From Octopus bimaculoides (Eukaryota): DNA of 64,000 nucleotides. The notes under the pieces were generated by a model, which was not told where the DNA came from, did no database searches, and saw nothing but the letters and a program-made list of their open reading frames with translations. Positions 53,201 to 64,000 of the stretch are shown one piece after another; position 1 is the first letter of the stretch; every line of letters starts with the position of its first letter. The stretch is from NCBI RefSeq assembly GCF_001194135.2, contig NC_068993.1, positions 44,683,460 through 44,747,459 of the forward strand. Direction: 5' to 3'. The translations under genes and the position numbers were made by a program.

Positions 53201-54455
53201 CATGTTTGATGCTTTGACAACAGTTTATTCAAACTGAGAGTCTTAATATATCTTGAGATGTTGATTTTTCTGAAGAAAAGTAAACACTCCTATACCTTCA
53301 TACCGAAAACAAACATATGACGATTTATTATGAAAATAGAACCTTATGGAAAACAGTAACATTTGCTCTTTGTTCAAAAGATGACCGTTTAAATTTCTGC
53401 CAGTAATATACTGAGGTAAATTTACTTGGTTGTACCTCTCCTACCTTCCTTACAAAAATTTGGTTTCTAATTTAAAAAAATCTGCTCACTTGACCCATTT
53501 GTTTATTTCATAATCATTAGCACACCAGGCAAAATGCTTAATGACATTTCATCTGTCTTTTATGTTCTGAGTTCAAATTCCACCAAGGTCGACCTTGCCT
53601 TTCATCCATTCAGGGTCAATAAATTAAATACCATTGAAACACTCGATTAGTCCCCTCTCCCAAAATTTCAGGCCTTGTGCCTTTAGTAGAAAGGATTATT
53701 ATTATTTAGTTGTAGTAGTAGTAGGGTGGTGGATTGGTTAGAATTGTTAGAGCATTGAGCACAATGTCTTGTACTATTTATTCTGGCTCTTTTCATTCTG
53801 AGTTCAAATACTGCTGAGGTCATCTTTACCTTTCATCCTTCTGGGATTCAACAAAATAAAGAACCAGTAAAGTACTGGTATCAACTAACCCCGTATCCTC
53901 ACCTCTAAATTGCTGGTCTTGTGCCTAAATGAGAAGCAATTATTAAAGGCAGTGGATTGGCAGAATCATTATGGTTTTAGAAATCCTCCTCACACACACA
54001 CCCTTTTTTCTCTTTCATTTGTTTCAGTCATTGGATTGTGGCCATGCTAGGGCACCACCTTGAAGGGCTTAGTCATCTACATTGACCACAGGGCTATTTT
54101 AAGTCTGGCACTTATTCTGTCAGTTTCTTTAGCCAAACTGCTAAGTTATGTGGATGTAAACAAACCAACACTAGTTTTCAAGTGATAGGTGAAGGACAAA
54201 CAAAAACATAAAGACACACACATATACAATGGGATTCCACACAGTTTCTGTGTACCAAATTCCCTCATGTGGCATTGGTTGACCCTGGGCTATAGTAGAA
54301 TACACTTGCCTAAGGTACTGTACAATCTGAAACCATATGTCAAAGCGAGTGTCTTAATCACCTATAGCCATTCATGCTATAATTTTTCAATTATAGTATT
54401 TTTTCCTCAATATTATATACTTTATTAACATAAGTTTTTGTATTTTTCTAGAACC

Positions 54456-54959
54456 ATGTCTGATTCTGAAGATGATGGAGCCTTTGCTAGTGCTGGTGAA
54501 GGTGACGACATACCTGTGTCACACACTAGCAAGAAAGGCCAACTAACACCCCAAACAAGCAGTGGCAAAAATGACAATAAAAACTCTAAAGGCAAAAATA
54601 AGAAAAACCAACAAAAAAAGAAAGGTAAAATGGCTAAGTCAACTGATGAAGAAATTGCCGATAAATTTATGAACTCTTTTGAGAGCTCTGATAGCACCAT
54701 TTCCAGTGAAATGACCACACCACAGGTTGATAATGTACAGTTACCTAAACCTGATATGGAAGATGTTCGAATCACCGATGAAAGTGATGACAATCGTATG
54801 AAAAGTAACTTCTCCGAGGAAGACGACCAGAGTGATGTTTTACAGGACTGTAACCTGAAGAGACTGTCTTTATCTTTAGATAACAAAGAAGAGAACAATA
54901 AAGAAACTCTTCCTGACAAAAATACTGCCACAAAAGAAAACCAAGAAAAATCTGGAAAG
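54456..54959 (+). CDS. FAM114A2: FAM114A2-like (DUF719 family) coding exon 1, acidic/Lys-rich N-terminus (MSDSEDDGAFASAGEGDD...KSGK)
   Basis: tttttctag acceptor at 54450-54451, AACCATG start, 168 open codons, AAG|gtaggt donor (phase 0). Confidence 0.85.
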
Positions 54960-55213
54960 GTAGGTAACAAGAGATACCATTACATTTTGATGAAAAGATG
55001 TAAATATCTGAGATGTGTTACTGTAAATATAATTTAATTTTTTTTTAGACTATTAATGAATTCTGGGATGTGTACATAGTGCCAAATTAGATTTGAACTT
55101 GGAATCTTTAATTTTAAATCTAGAGTAGTAACTCTTGGGCATCAGAACATTATTAACTCTTAGTTTAAAAATAAAAGCTCCTAGTTCTGTAATATGTACA
55201 TATCTAGGATTAA

Positions 55214-55433
55214 CTCTTTCGTTACCAACCTGGTTGAAACCGGCTCTTGTTCTGAATACAAATGTCTTGTTTTCATAAGTTTTCAATTAAAATCTTCCAC
55301 CAAACCTAAGTCACAATTTATGTTCCTAACACTAGCTGAATGATAACCAAGATATTTTACTAAATTCTTTGTTATATTTAAAGTAATTGAAAGAAACCCA
55401 GAGCATCTCAAAATAAATACAGTAACGAAAGGG
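55214..55433. mobile_element. TTAA MITE family P1 copy
   Basis: Nearly identical to 15760-15979; TTAA on both sides. Confidence 0.75.
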
Positions 55434-55604
55434 TTAAAACACTTGATAATGATTGGAGATCAAGCTGAATATTACAAAAGTTTTCATCTTTTAAGGTCTG
55501 AAAATTTATATTATATTTTGATATATATATTTTGAGAGAATCACATTAAATTTTGATATTAAAATTGAATACAAGTAAAGTTAGGTGTAGTATATAAAAG
55601 AAGA

Positions 55605-55800
55605 CTGTGATGTATATGGAGGATGACAGCTGTATAAAGAAGTACCAAATGCTCAAAAGAGTCGTAACTGTGGAAGAGGGAAATCAAGGAATATCTAAGA
55701 TGAAGTGGTGAAAAATGATCGATGTGAGAGACCATGTTGGTTGACAATTCACAGTGACAGTGGAAAGCTGACCATAGAAGATCCAATCAGCAATGCAAAC
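55605..55800 (+). mobile_element. Old RTE ORF2 C-terminal remnant
   Basis: VMYMEDDSCIKK...CGRGKS..*DEVVKND resembles the RTE C-terminus at 13601. Confidence 0.45.
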
Positions 55801-56175
55801 ATGGCAGATCAAAAGTAACGAAAGCAATGATGTTGATGTACAGTATATATATATATACTACTAAGTCTTCTATTGCTGCATCTCCAACACTTTGTTACTC
55901 TCTCTGCTCCCTTTCACTCATTTTTCTGCCAATCTTCAAAGTCATCGGTACAGGACCTGCTTGTTTTCTATTCTCCCTAGTGTCAGCCTCATCACTCAAC
56001 CTTCTGGTCCATCTCAAAGTCAACGTATAGGAGACTGCAAAGGACCAATGCTCAGTTCACTCTACCTTCACTCTCTCCTCCTGTATTGCTTGTCATTACC
56101 TTGTCACTCTCTGTCTACCATTATACTCTTGCTCCTTTTCCCCCCACATACCCTGAGTCTCTCTCTTTTGTAAGT

Positions 56176-56433
56176 CAGTGTTTCTCAACCATTTTTTTTA
56201 CCTATGAACTCCTGTGATTCCTATATTACTTGGATGGCCCCCTCCTCGGCATTTGGTGTTAAAAAAATCCTATTATATTTTTATAATTAAATATTATTAG
56301 AAATTGTATAAAAGCAATTATTAAAATACCTTGTGTATTGTAGAAATATAACTTGTTTATTGCACATAAATTTTGACAACAAAATCTTATATAGACCCCC
56401 AAGGACCATATGAACCCTTATTGAGAAACACTG
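56176..56433. mobile_element. hAT (Charlie-like) MITE
   Basis: Perfect 13-bp TIR CAGTGTTTCTCAA / TTGAGAAACACTG; 8-bp TSD ttgtaagt / ttgtaggt (7/8 match). Confidence 0.8.
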
Positions 56434-56590
56434 TTGTAGGTCATGTCTTCTATCATTACCTTGTCTATTTTTAACCATACTGCCTTGACTATGTGTATAT
56501 ATCTCAGAATACTGAATACCCATACCACTCACCCCACTAATGACTATTATTCACACACCCTTCACACATGCCACCACAAGGTCCAGTCTT

Positions 56591-56926
56591 TGTTGTTGTG
56601 TGGTGGCTTGTGTATCTCAATGATCCTGAGTCAGCATAACACAAGCTCCTTGGAGGACCTCTCATACCGGACAGGTCAAAAGCCAGACTAATATGGACCA
56701 CTTTTTCTCAGCAGTAAAAAGATGTTTGCATAGGGCCAACACTCCTACCAAGAAGAAAGCAAAATTACAAAAGCATCAATGACAATTCAAAATCAACAAG
56801 ACCTAGTAGACGAAGGCCTTCCCTCAGAGAAACTTATGAGAGAAGCAGAAGAGGCAGCTCAGAGTGAAGAACAGTGAACAGTTATTGATGTCTATGCTCC
56901 ATAGGAAGTGAAGGGCTTAAGTCAAG
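56591..56926 (+). mobile_element. Short RTE-derived element joining a 5' UTR-like part to a 3' end
   Basis: 5' part CCATACCGGACAGGTC...AGGGCCAACACTCCTACC is RTE 5' UTR-like. 3' part CTATGCTCCATAGGAAGTGAAGGGCTTAAGTCAAG is a BovB-like RTE terminus. Confidence 0.5.
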
Positions 56927-57469
56927 CTTTCACTCATACCTCTCACTTGTAAATAGGTCGTAAGCAAACAGACATGCAGAGTCATGTAGTTCTTTTAGAC
57001 ATGTTAAGGATATGGCTACCTCTGTAGTGCTGGTGCTACAAAAAATGCACCCAATACACTCAGTAAAGTGTAGGGTTGTGAGAACCCTTTAGTTTTATCA
57101 AGGAAGTGACAACCATCTTGTACTGGTGCCATGATAAAAGCACCCAACATGTTCTGTAAAGTAGTTGGTGTTAGGAAGGGCATCCAGGAAATAATAAAAT
57201 GCTGAGTTGTGATCCTCCAGCCCTTCTCAATGGGTAGTTCCCCCATAAATATGTACTGACCTCAACCATGGGATTCTGTCTAACCCATGCCAAACATAAA
57301 AATATGCAGACATGAAATAAGGAGACGATGATTAGAGTAGTCAATACATTATTATTTTGATAGTTCATGTGTCCTTGAAGGCTTAAGATGTAATTAGGTT
57401 AATTATATTTTATAATGCAGAGAGAGAGAGAGAGAGAATGAAGTAAGAACTTTAATGAGAACTGAAGCA

Positions 57470-57870
57470 GGTAACATCAGCACCGACTTTTATAAAAAAG
57501 CTGCTTTCAGAGATCTATTCATCCACTGCAAATCGAGCCTTTCTATAAGAGCTGAGGTACTTATGAAATGAACTCACCCATATCCAGAACAAATACAGTG
57601 AGGCAGATCATGCTATCTATGTCAAACAAGGTGCTGGAAGTCAAGAGATAACTAGGATCCACCACTATTTGCATTCAAGACCCCCCAACCTCTTCCAACA
57701 CCTGTTTTCCAAACTTACTGCTAATTCATCACCTTCAGAAGTGTTCTCTTAATACCTTTGAAAAGGAGTATTTTACCCAAAATATCAAGATTATTATGGC
57801 AGAAACAGCTGTAAGCTAATGAGGTTCATAAGATAATTGCTTATACCTTTGTCATCTCATTTTCTTCAGA
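57470..57870 (+). mobile_element. Penelope-like RT C-terminal remnant plus 3' terminus
   Basis: STDFYKKAAFRDLFIHCKSSL resembles the PLE RT thumb (TDFYRKP....Y/F.H..S). It ends in GAAACAGCTGTAAGCTAATG..., shared with 2689-2755. Confidence 0.55.
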
Positions 57871-58003
57871 CTAAATCTATCTATATTTTTTTCAAGCACA
57901 CTACCACTACCATTGCTTTCTGTAACACAGTTTTGTATGTATGTATATGGGTGTGGGTGGATATATATATTGTTTTTTTTATTTTCATTTCTTCTGCTTT
58001 TAG

Positions 58004-58088
58004 ACATCAAGCTGGGGATGGGGAAGCTGGGGATCATCTTTCATTGGGGCAGCAGCTTCATCTGTTTCCACATTTACGTCTCAGATAG
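58004..58088 (+). CDS. FAM114A2: FAM114A2-like exon 2 (TSSWGWGSWGSSFIGAAASSVSTFTSQI)
   Basis: WG.WG.S...A..SV motif typical of FAM114. tttag acceptor and G|gtaagt donor; phase 0 in, 1 out. Confidence 0.9.
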
Positions 58089-58344
58089 GTAAGTGTTTCA
58101 ACCAAGACTTACGTCCTGTACATGCTCTCTCTCCTCCTTATCTCTCTATTTCTTGTTTATATCTCTTTTTTTCATTTTTTCTGATTCTTTCTTTTTTTCT
58201 CTTCTTTATCTCTTTCAACAAAATTTACCACCACCCCCGTTATAACAACATACTTGTAACTTTTTCATGGATGGTAGAAATCTCATATATATATATATAT
58301 ATATATGTGTGAATATATAATACAAAGAGTGACTTTACTTTCAG

Positions 58345-58467
58345 GTGATGGTGTCAATACCATTATCGATACTGTGGAGACTGGTTTGACTAGTGTACCT
58401 TCACCTGAAGAAATGGCCAAAGAAGCAAAAGAAATGGAAAATCTACCTGAAGCAAAAGAGAAAGAAG
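58345..58467 (+). CDS. FAM114A2: FAM114A2-like exon 3 (GDGVNTIIDTVETGLTSVPSPEEMAKEAKEMENLPEAKEKE)
   Basis: Resembles the FAM114 ET.L..PSP.E motif. tttcag acceptor and G|gtaagg donor; 123 bp, phase 1/1. Confidence 0.88.
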
Positions 58468-59097
58468 GTAAGGAAATAAGTGGTAGGAGAGAGATAAATC
58501 ATTAGTAGTAATTATTGCTATCATTTTTGTCATTTGTTTGTCGTTTTCAATCACTTTCTTTTTGACTATCTAACTATTTTTCTCTGTCTCTTTATGTCTG
58601 TCTGTATGTATGTCTATCTCTATTTCTGTCTGTCTGTCTGTCTCTCACTATCTAATTGTATATCTGTTTATCTTTATACTGTCTTTCTCTGTCTCTCTTG
58701 TAAGTCTCTTCCTAACTCCCCCCCCCTCTCTCTCTGTGTTTCTTGCTGTTTGTTGGTTTGGCTCTAATTTCCTCTGCTAACTGACTTTCTGTCTGACTTT
58801 CTCTCTCAGAAAACACATCCAGTTATATTAGAATGGTTCTTCCATTGTCCTGACTTCCTCAGTTCCTCAACAGATGCATCTAACCTTCAGCTCTAGAGTT
58901 TTTACATTGTCTTGCAGACACCAACAAAAATTAATAAGTTAAATATCATTGTTCAAACTGTATCATAATTTTTGTAATGTGTTTATGAAGCAGCCCACAC
59001 TAATTTTGGGTATGAGATGTATTGGTACAGCAGTATTGACACCACTTATTTGGTATTGCTGATTTAATGCTTACTTATTTAACATCAAACATTTTAA

Positions 59098-59374
59098 CCC
59101 ATTACCTCCCATAATGCTATTAACTGGAATTTTGTTATGAAACTTTGATTTCTAGCATAAAACAGCCTTAGAAACATGCTGGAATGATCAAAATAACATT
59201 TTTAATAGAAATAAATGAGATATTGGGTGAAAAATTAGCAAACCTCATTTGAATATCAGAGAAATATACCTAGTAGATATAGCAAAAAGGTTAGATATGT
59301 GTAAATATTGACAGATAATTACGAAATTTGTAATTTTTAAGTGATCTCATATAAGATCACTGGTAGGTAATGGG
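59098..59374. mobile_element. TTAA MITE family P3
   Basis: TTAA|CCCATTACCT...AGGTAATGGG|TTAA, perfect 10-bp TIR. Confidence 0.7.
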
Positions 59375-60779
59375 TTAATGCTTCTCTCATTCTCTTCCCC
59401 TCTATCTCTGTTTGTCTCTCTCCCTGTTTATGTGTGTGAGCATATTTCTCTTTATGTATATGAGGAGAGGAAAAGTGTTTGCCAATCGTGTTCAATTAAT
59501 AAATTTTAATGTCTCTCTCTCTCACTCTATCTGTATATTTCTGTGTGCATGTTTTTGTCTCCAATGCTAAAAAGTACTGTCACCAAAACAGATTGAACAT
59601 CCAGTCCACTGTATCAAATTGTCAGCATCAAAACAGCTGCATCCAATCACCTCTTTCTGACTAATTTAGAAGTGGGTGGGCAGTACTTAGTTATTACCCT
59701 TTACATTCTAAGTTCAAATTGCACTGAGGATGAATTTTCCTTTCATCAGTCCATGGTTGATAACATAAGGTGCCACAGTAGTACTAGAGTTGATTTAATC
59801 GACTGATACTGGTGTATCTGCCAGGTTTCTTCAAGCAAGAGACTACAGCTGAGAATTCCAAAAGAATCTTCTTAGTTCTGCTTGTACTTGAAGAGCAAAC
59901 AAAGGTGTACACTTGGGGTGCCTTTAATTGAGTCCACTCTGATGCTGCTTTCAGGCCAGGTCTCAAGGGTCACAGTCACTGTCCTTCCTCCTTAGACTGA
60001 ATTATTAAAAAAAAGACAATGATGGTAGTATTCTGTTGTCTGGTCAAGAACCTTGCTTTGCAATCATGTCGTTTGGGGTTCAGTCCTGCTGTGCTGCACC
60101 TTGGTTAAGTGTCCTCTGCTATAGCCCTAGTCAGACAAGTGCCTTGTGAGTGAATTTAGTAGATGGAAACTGTAGGGAAACCTGTTGTATGTGTGTATAT
60201 ACCCATGATCCTTTATACAATATATATATATATACACATGTGTGTATTTGTGTTTGTTCTCCAACCATTGTTGGTTTGTTTATATGTTTGTAACTTACCA
60301 GTTTTGCAAAAGAGACTAACAGAATATGCACCAGAATTAACCCATCAGATGAATTACAGTGTGGTTACTCACCCTAAGTAATCTTAAGTGCTCTTTACTA
60401 CTCGATGCAGTTACCAGGATTATACTTGAGTGCTCGCATGATACCCACCCAGATAATTGATCCCTATCTAGTCATCATTATATATGAATAACTATCAAAC
60501 TTAAAAACTAAGTACTCCGGTCAATTTGCTCTACTAAACCCTTCAAGGCTATGCCCCAGCATGACACAGTCCAAATGACTGAAGCAAGTAAAAGATAAAG
60601 ATATATTTATTTTATTACAAATTTATGTATTTTGCATATAATTTATATAAATATATGCTTTGCTTTTCTTTGTACTTAGTTTGTACTTTCTGTTCATTAA
60701 ATAATATTGTCTCTTGTTTTTTTTTTTTTGGTAAATTTTGTAATTTTGTTTGTTTTATTTGTTTCATATTTGTGAACAG

Positions 60780-60940
60780 GAAAGAAACCAGAAGACAAAA
60801 CTGAAACTTTGCCTCCTGAAGAAAACCCTGATGTTGGAGAAGGAGAGGAAGGAGAAGGGTCAAAATCAGAGAATCAAGGTATCGGTGGTTGGCTATCTGG
60901 TTGGGGAGTGTCCAAGATTACTGGGGCAGTTCAAGAAAAG
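60780..60940 (+). CDS. FAM114A2: FAM114A2-like exon 4 (KKPEDKTETLPPEENPDVGEGEEGEGSKSENQGIGGWLSGWGVSKITGAVQEK)
   Basis: gaacag acceptor after a long T tract and AAG|gtaagc donor; phase 1 in, 0 out. Confidence 0.88.
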
Positions 60941-61099
60941 GTAAGCGAAAAATTGTATTCATTTAGCAAGGGTAGCTAGTTGTAAAATCTCAATAGGAGA
61001 ACTTGATTTTATTAGATTCCTCCATTGTCATTCAAAGAAAAAGTTTTTTTTGCTTTCTTTATATGAGTTAGTCTGTATCTATAACCTGCACAGGCCCTT

Positions 61100-61620
61100 C
61101 TGACTGAGACTAGTGTAGTTGAGGGTCAAACTATTGGTTGATCTGTTGGTTGATGTAGTTAGGAAGGGAATTCTAGAGGGATCAAGGTCTGGAGGGGAAG
61201 GATTAAGAGTTTAATGTGGGATCTGATGGTGGTGGTTGGATGTAAGGACATGGTAGGTGTGACAAGAGGGGAGACAGTTATATTGGGTGGGCCTGGGTGG
61301 AAGAAAATGTGAAACCAGCGAGTTGAAAGACTGATGCAGGAACTATACATGAGGAAGAGAGAAGAAACAGCATATTTGTGAAATTGTGGTTGTTTGGGTT
61401 GTGAGTGAGTCTTTACCAATCAATCTGTCTTTTAAAGTCTAGGGTGTTTGTATGTACTCTAGCAGCAGCACTGGCCCATATACGTAAATAGTATTCTAGT
61501 ATTGGTTTTATTTGAGTTTTGTGGATGGTCATCAACTGATCAAGGCTTTTGGATTTAGTTATGGCATTGATATATATGTGGGCGTTGTTATTACACATCA
61601 GGGTTTGTGACATCTAGTAT
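61100..61620 (-). mobile_element. L2/CR1-group LINE RT C-terminal remnant
   Basis: IHKTQIKPILEYYLRIWASAA..HTNTLD (cf. LYKAQIRP.LEY..HIW..A), followed by AVSSLFLMY (cf. R.VS.L.LFY). Confidence 0.7.
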
Positions 61621-62201
61621 TTGTAGTAACTTTGATGCTTTAAATGCATGTTGCATCCTTGCTTGATGTTTTAGTTACTTGTGTAGACTGTTTGGAATAC
61701 AGTCCACACATCTGAGAAGAATGAAATGTTCTTACATAAATTTATTATGGAAATTTTACCTACTGAAATCTTGCATTTGATTAATTGAACAAGTAATCAA
61801 ACAGTTAATTAGTTAATTGGTTAAATGGCTAACCAGTTGACAAATACAAAAAAACATAAAGAATTGAAATAGAACCAGTGTTTGTGTTTATTATTGTCAT
61901 TAATGTCCAGTGTTTGTGTCTATTATTGTCATTATGATGATCCAAGATATGACAAAATCTGTTTCAACATGAGTTCACATCAAGAATACAAAACCAAATA
62001 CAAAGACAAAATAATAAAATTATTTTTGTGATTGCAATCTCAATTTGAATATCTAAATATGAGCAGATTAGTAACATGGAAATGGTAAAGTGTCTTGGAT
62101 GGGTTTGTGTGAAAAAGATTAAATCACATTTAGGATACTCAAGTTGTTTTGCTTCGTGTACTTTTTAAAAATCTTATTAGCTGTTTGGTTTGTTGTTCCA
62201 G

Positions 62202-62454
62202 AGTAAAAACATTGTTACAGGAAGCCTTGATGTGTTAGAAAGTTTAGGGAGGAAAACATTTGATGCAATCAATGAACATGATCCAGTAGGAATCAGGGAT
62301 AAAACCAAAATGTTATTCGAGAGAGGTGATTCACCACAGCTTGCTGATCTGCTGAAGGAAGCTAAAGAGAAATCAGAAATGGAGGAAAAAATTGCTCAAG
62401 AAACTACCGAAGCATTGAAGTTTGATTTTGGAGCTTTGTTTGAAGATTACCAAG
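62202..62454 (+). CDS. FAM114A2: FAM114A2-like exon 5 (SKNIVTGSLDVLESLGRKTFDAINEHDP...LADLLKEAKEK...FGALFEDYQG); gene continues beyond the window
   Basis: Strong match to the FAM114 core (TG.LD.LE..G+KT...I.E.DP; L.EAKEK; LF++.QG). ttccag acceptor and G|gtttct donor. Confidence 0.92.
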
Positions 62455-62799
62455 GTTTCTAAATATTTTTCATTTATAATATTGCATTTATAATGATTGT
62501 TCTATCCTATGTCATGTTTTTTTTTTGTATGTGTTAACTTTATTGGATTGGGAATCACTCCTTGAAGTTTCCTTTTGTTAAGTATTAGCAAACAAAGCTG
62601 CCAGCTGAGTCTCTATGCAGTTACTTTATCTGATTTGAATAGTAACTAATCTCTGTCAAATCATATATCATCTTAAAAAAGAAAGGGTTGTTAGGCTAGA
62701 TAATGTATTCCCTAACCCGCAAAAGGAGAGGATGGTCACTAGTAGAACAGCTTTGATAGGTCTGCTCAATCTGGGCTGTCTATTACAAAACAAAGCAGT

Positions 62800-63030
62800 A
62801 AGGTGGTAACAATTCAAAGTGAATTACTCCTTTGCAATCCCACCAGATAGAGAGAAGAACCTTTTTCCCATGAAGTTCCCTTCTCGGTTGTGGTTGAGCT
62901 TTTTCCCTTTTACCAAGCCACTGTTTACGATGTTTAACATTTTGATAGAAGATCCATTTTTCATCACGAGTCACAAGTCTATCCAAAAAAGGGGAAAGAA
63001 TAAAAGTGAAACAATATTACACAATGGTCT
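62800..63030 (-). mobile_element. Mariner (DD34D-type) transposase fragment
   Basis: DRLVTRDEKWIFYQN.K.RKQW....AQP.P..ELHGKKVLLSIWWDCKGVIHFELLP is the canonical mariner catalytic N-terminal block. Confidence 0.85.
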
Positions 63031-64000
63031 TCGATAGAGGGAGAAATGTAAATAGTGTATTTGAATAGACGGAGTGCAAAAAATTTTAAATAAGTGATGT
63101 AGGGAGAATATACAAATAGCGTGAAGACGAAGATATNNNNNNNNNNNNNNNNNNNNNNNNNNNNNNNNNNNNNNNNNNNNNNNNNNNNNNNNNNNNNATT
63201 TACGCATGACAAAACTGAAATACACTGAAGTCAATTTTCAGAGAGAGAGAGAGAGAGAAACATATCTAAGTTTGTGAAAGTGAGAAAAAGAAAGAGAAGA
63301 AATAAATAGGGAGAGAAAGAAAAGGGAGAGAAAACTGCAGAAATCAAAGGGAGAGAATTGGTTGAGAACTGCAGTTTTTAGAGAAAAACCCATGTCAAAA
63401 ACTTTTTTTGATGGTCAGTTTCTCGCATTACACGGGAGCTCTGGGCAAAATGTTATAGTGCATGACCATCCATGGCACATAAGTAATGTATGTGTAAAGC
63501 TTGGTGAAAATTGGTTGAAAACTGTAGAAATGCATATGTATCACACACAGACATCCTTTATTTTATATATATACATATATATTTAGAAATAGCTGATGAT
63601 TCACTGCTGTTATTCAGTTTTCCTACTATGTGGTGTAGTTGTTTATGTTTGTGTCACCTGAATAACAGCATGTCGTGAGAAACTCTTTGAATCATCAGCT
63701 GTTGTTAAATATATGAACATTACAGCATATATTAAATACATTTTCATTTGTAAACAAAGCGTGTGTATGCTCACACACATTCTGTTGTGGTAATGGTCTA
63801 AGGAGTAGCATTTGGTAGCAGCTGCTAAGTCTGCAAGTGATTGCAAATGAGTAACAGCTTGTTTCTCAGGTATATTTTTTCTTGCATGCTGATTGCAGTG
63901 TGTCATGTTAAAATTTAGGCTGTTGTAAAATATAATGTTTGTTATTCTCAAAAATGTTATTGATATCTATGTGGTTAAGACGTTTGTTTTCCAACCACAA

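Noticed and set aside
54425-54970. 181-aa minus-strand ORF
   Set aside because: It is the antisense shadow of FAM114A2 exon 1; the 21755-21982 ORF is likewise antisense to HMG exon 2.
63643-63951. 102-aa minus-strand ORF
   Set aside because: No recognisable motif or splice support; it lies within a FAM114A2 intron.

Overview
AT-rich, microsatellite- and transposon-dense animal genomic DNA with four N-gaps. The SINE/RTE/MITE repertoire looks like an octopod cephalopod (Octopus sp.); this is inference, not a database result. Three spliced genes could be assembled by hand with GT-AG junctions and consistent phases. (1) A + strand five-exon gene (10718-28404, 586 aa) encodes an N-terminal HMG box followed by a long Ser/acidic low-complexity region; I cannot assign it to a named family. 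(2) ZMAT2/Snu23 lies on the - strand (37421-46151), with an uncertain start exon near 47533. (3) A FAM114A2-like (DUF719) gene on the + strand starts at 54456 and runs out of the window after five exons. ZMAT2 and FAM114A2 are divergent across a CpG-retaining interval (~47.3-51.7 kb) that holds a tRNA-Lys-like Pol III gene with a TTA anticodon and an 18-nt insertion at the canonical intron position. The rest consists of several tRNA-derived SINE families, RTE, CR1/L2, Penelope, gypsy and Tc1/mariner remnants, and TTAA and hAT MITEs. The Penelope cluster at 2.5-3.7 kb carries inverted termini with decayed hammerhead-like motifs and a tRNA-like segment. No CRISPR array or prokaryotic system is present, and I found no clearly new biological system; the best leads are the orphan HMG gene, the TTA tRNA-like gene and the Penelope hammerhead/tRNA-like termini.
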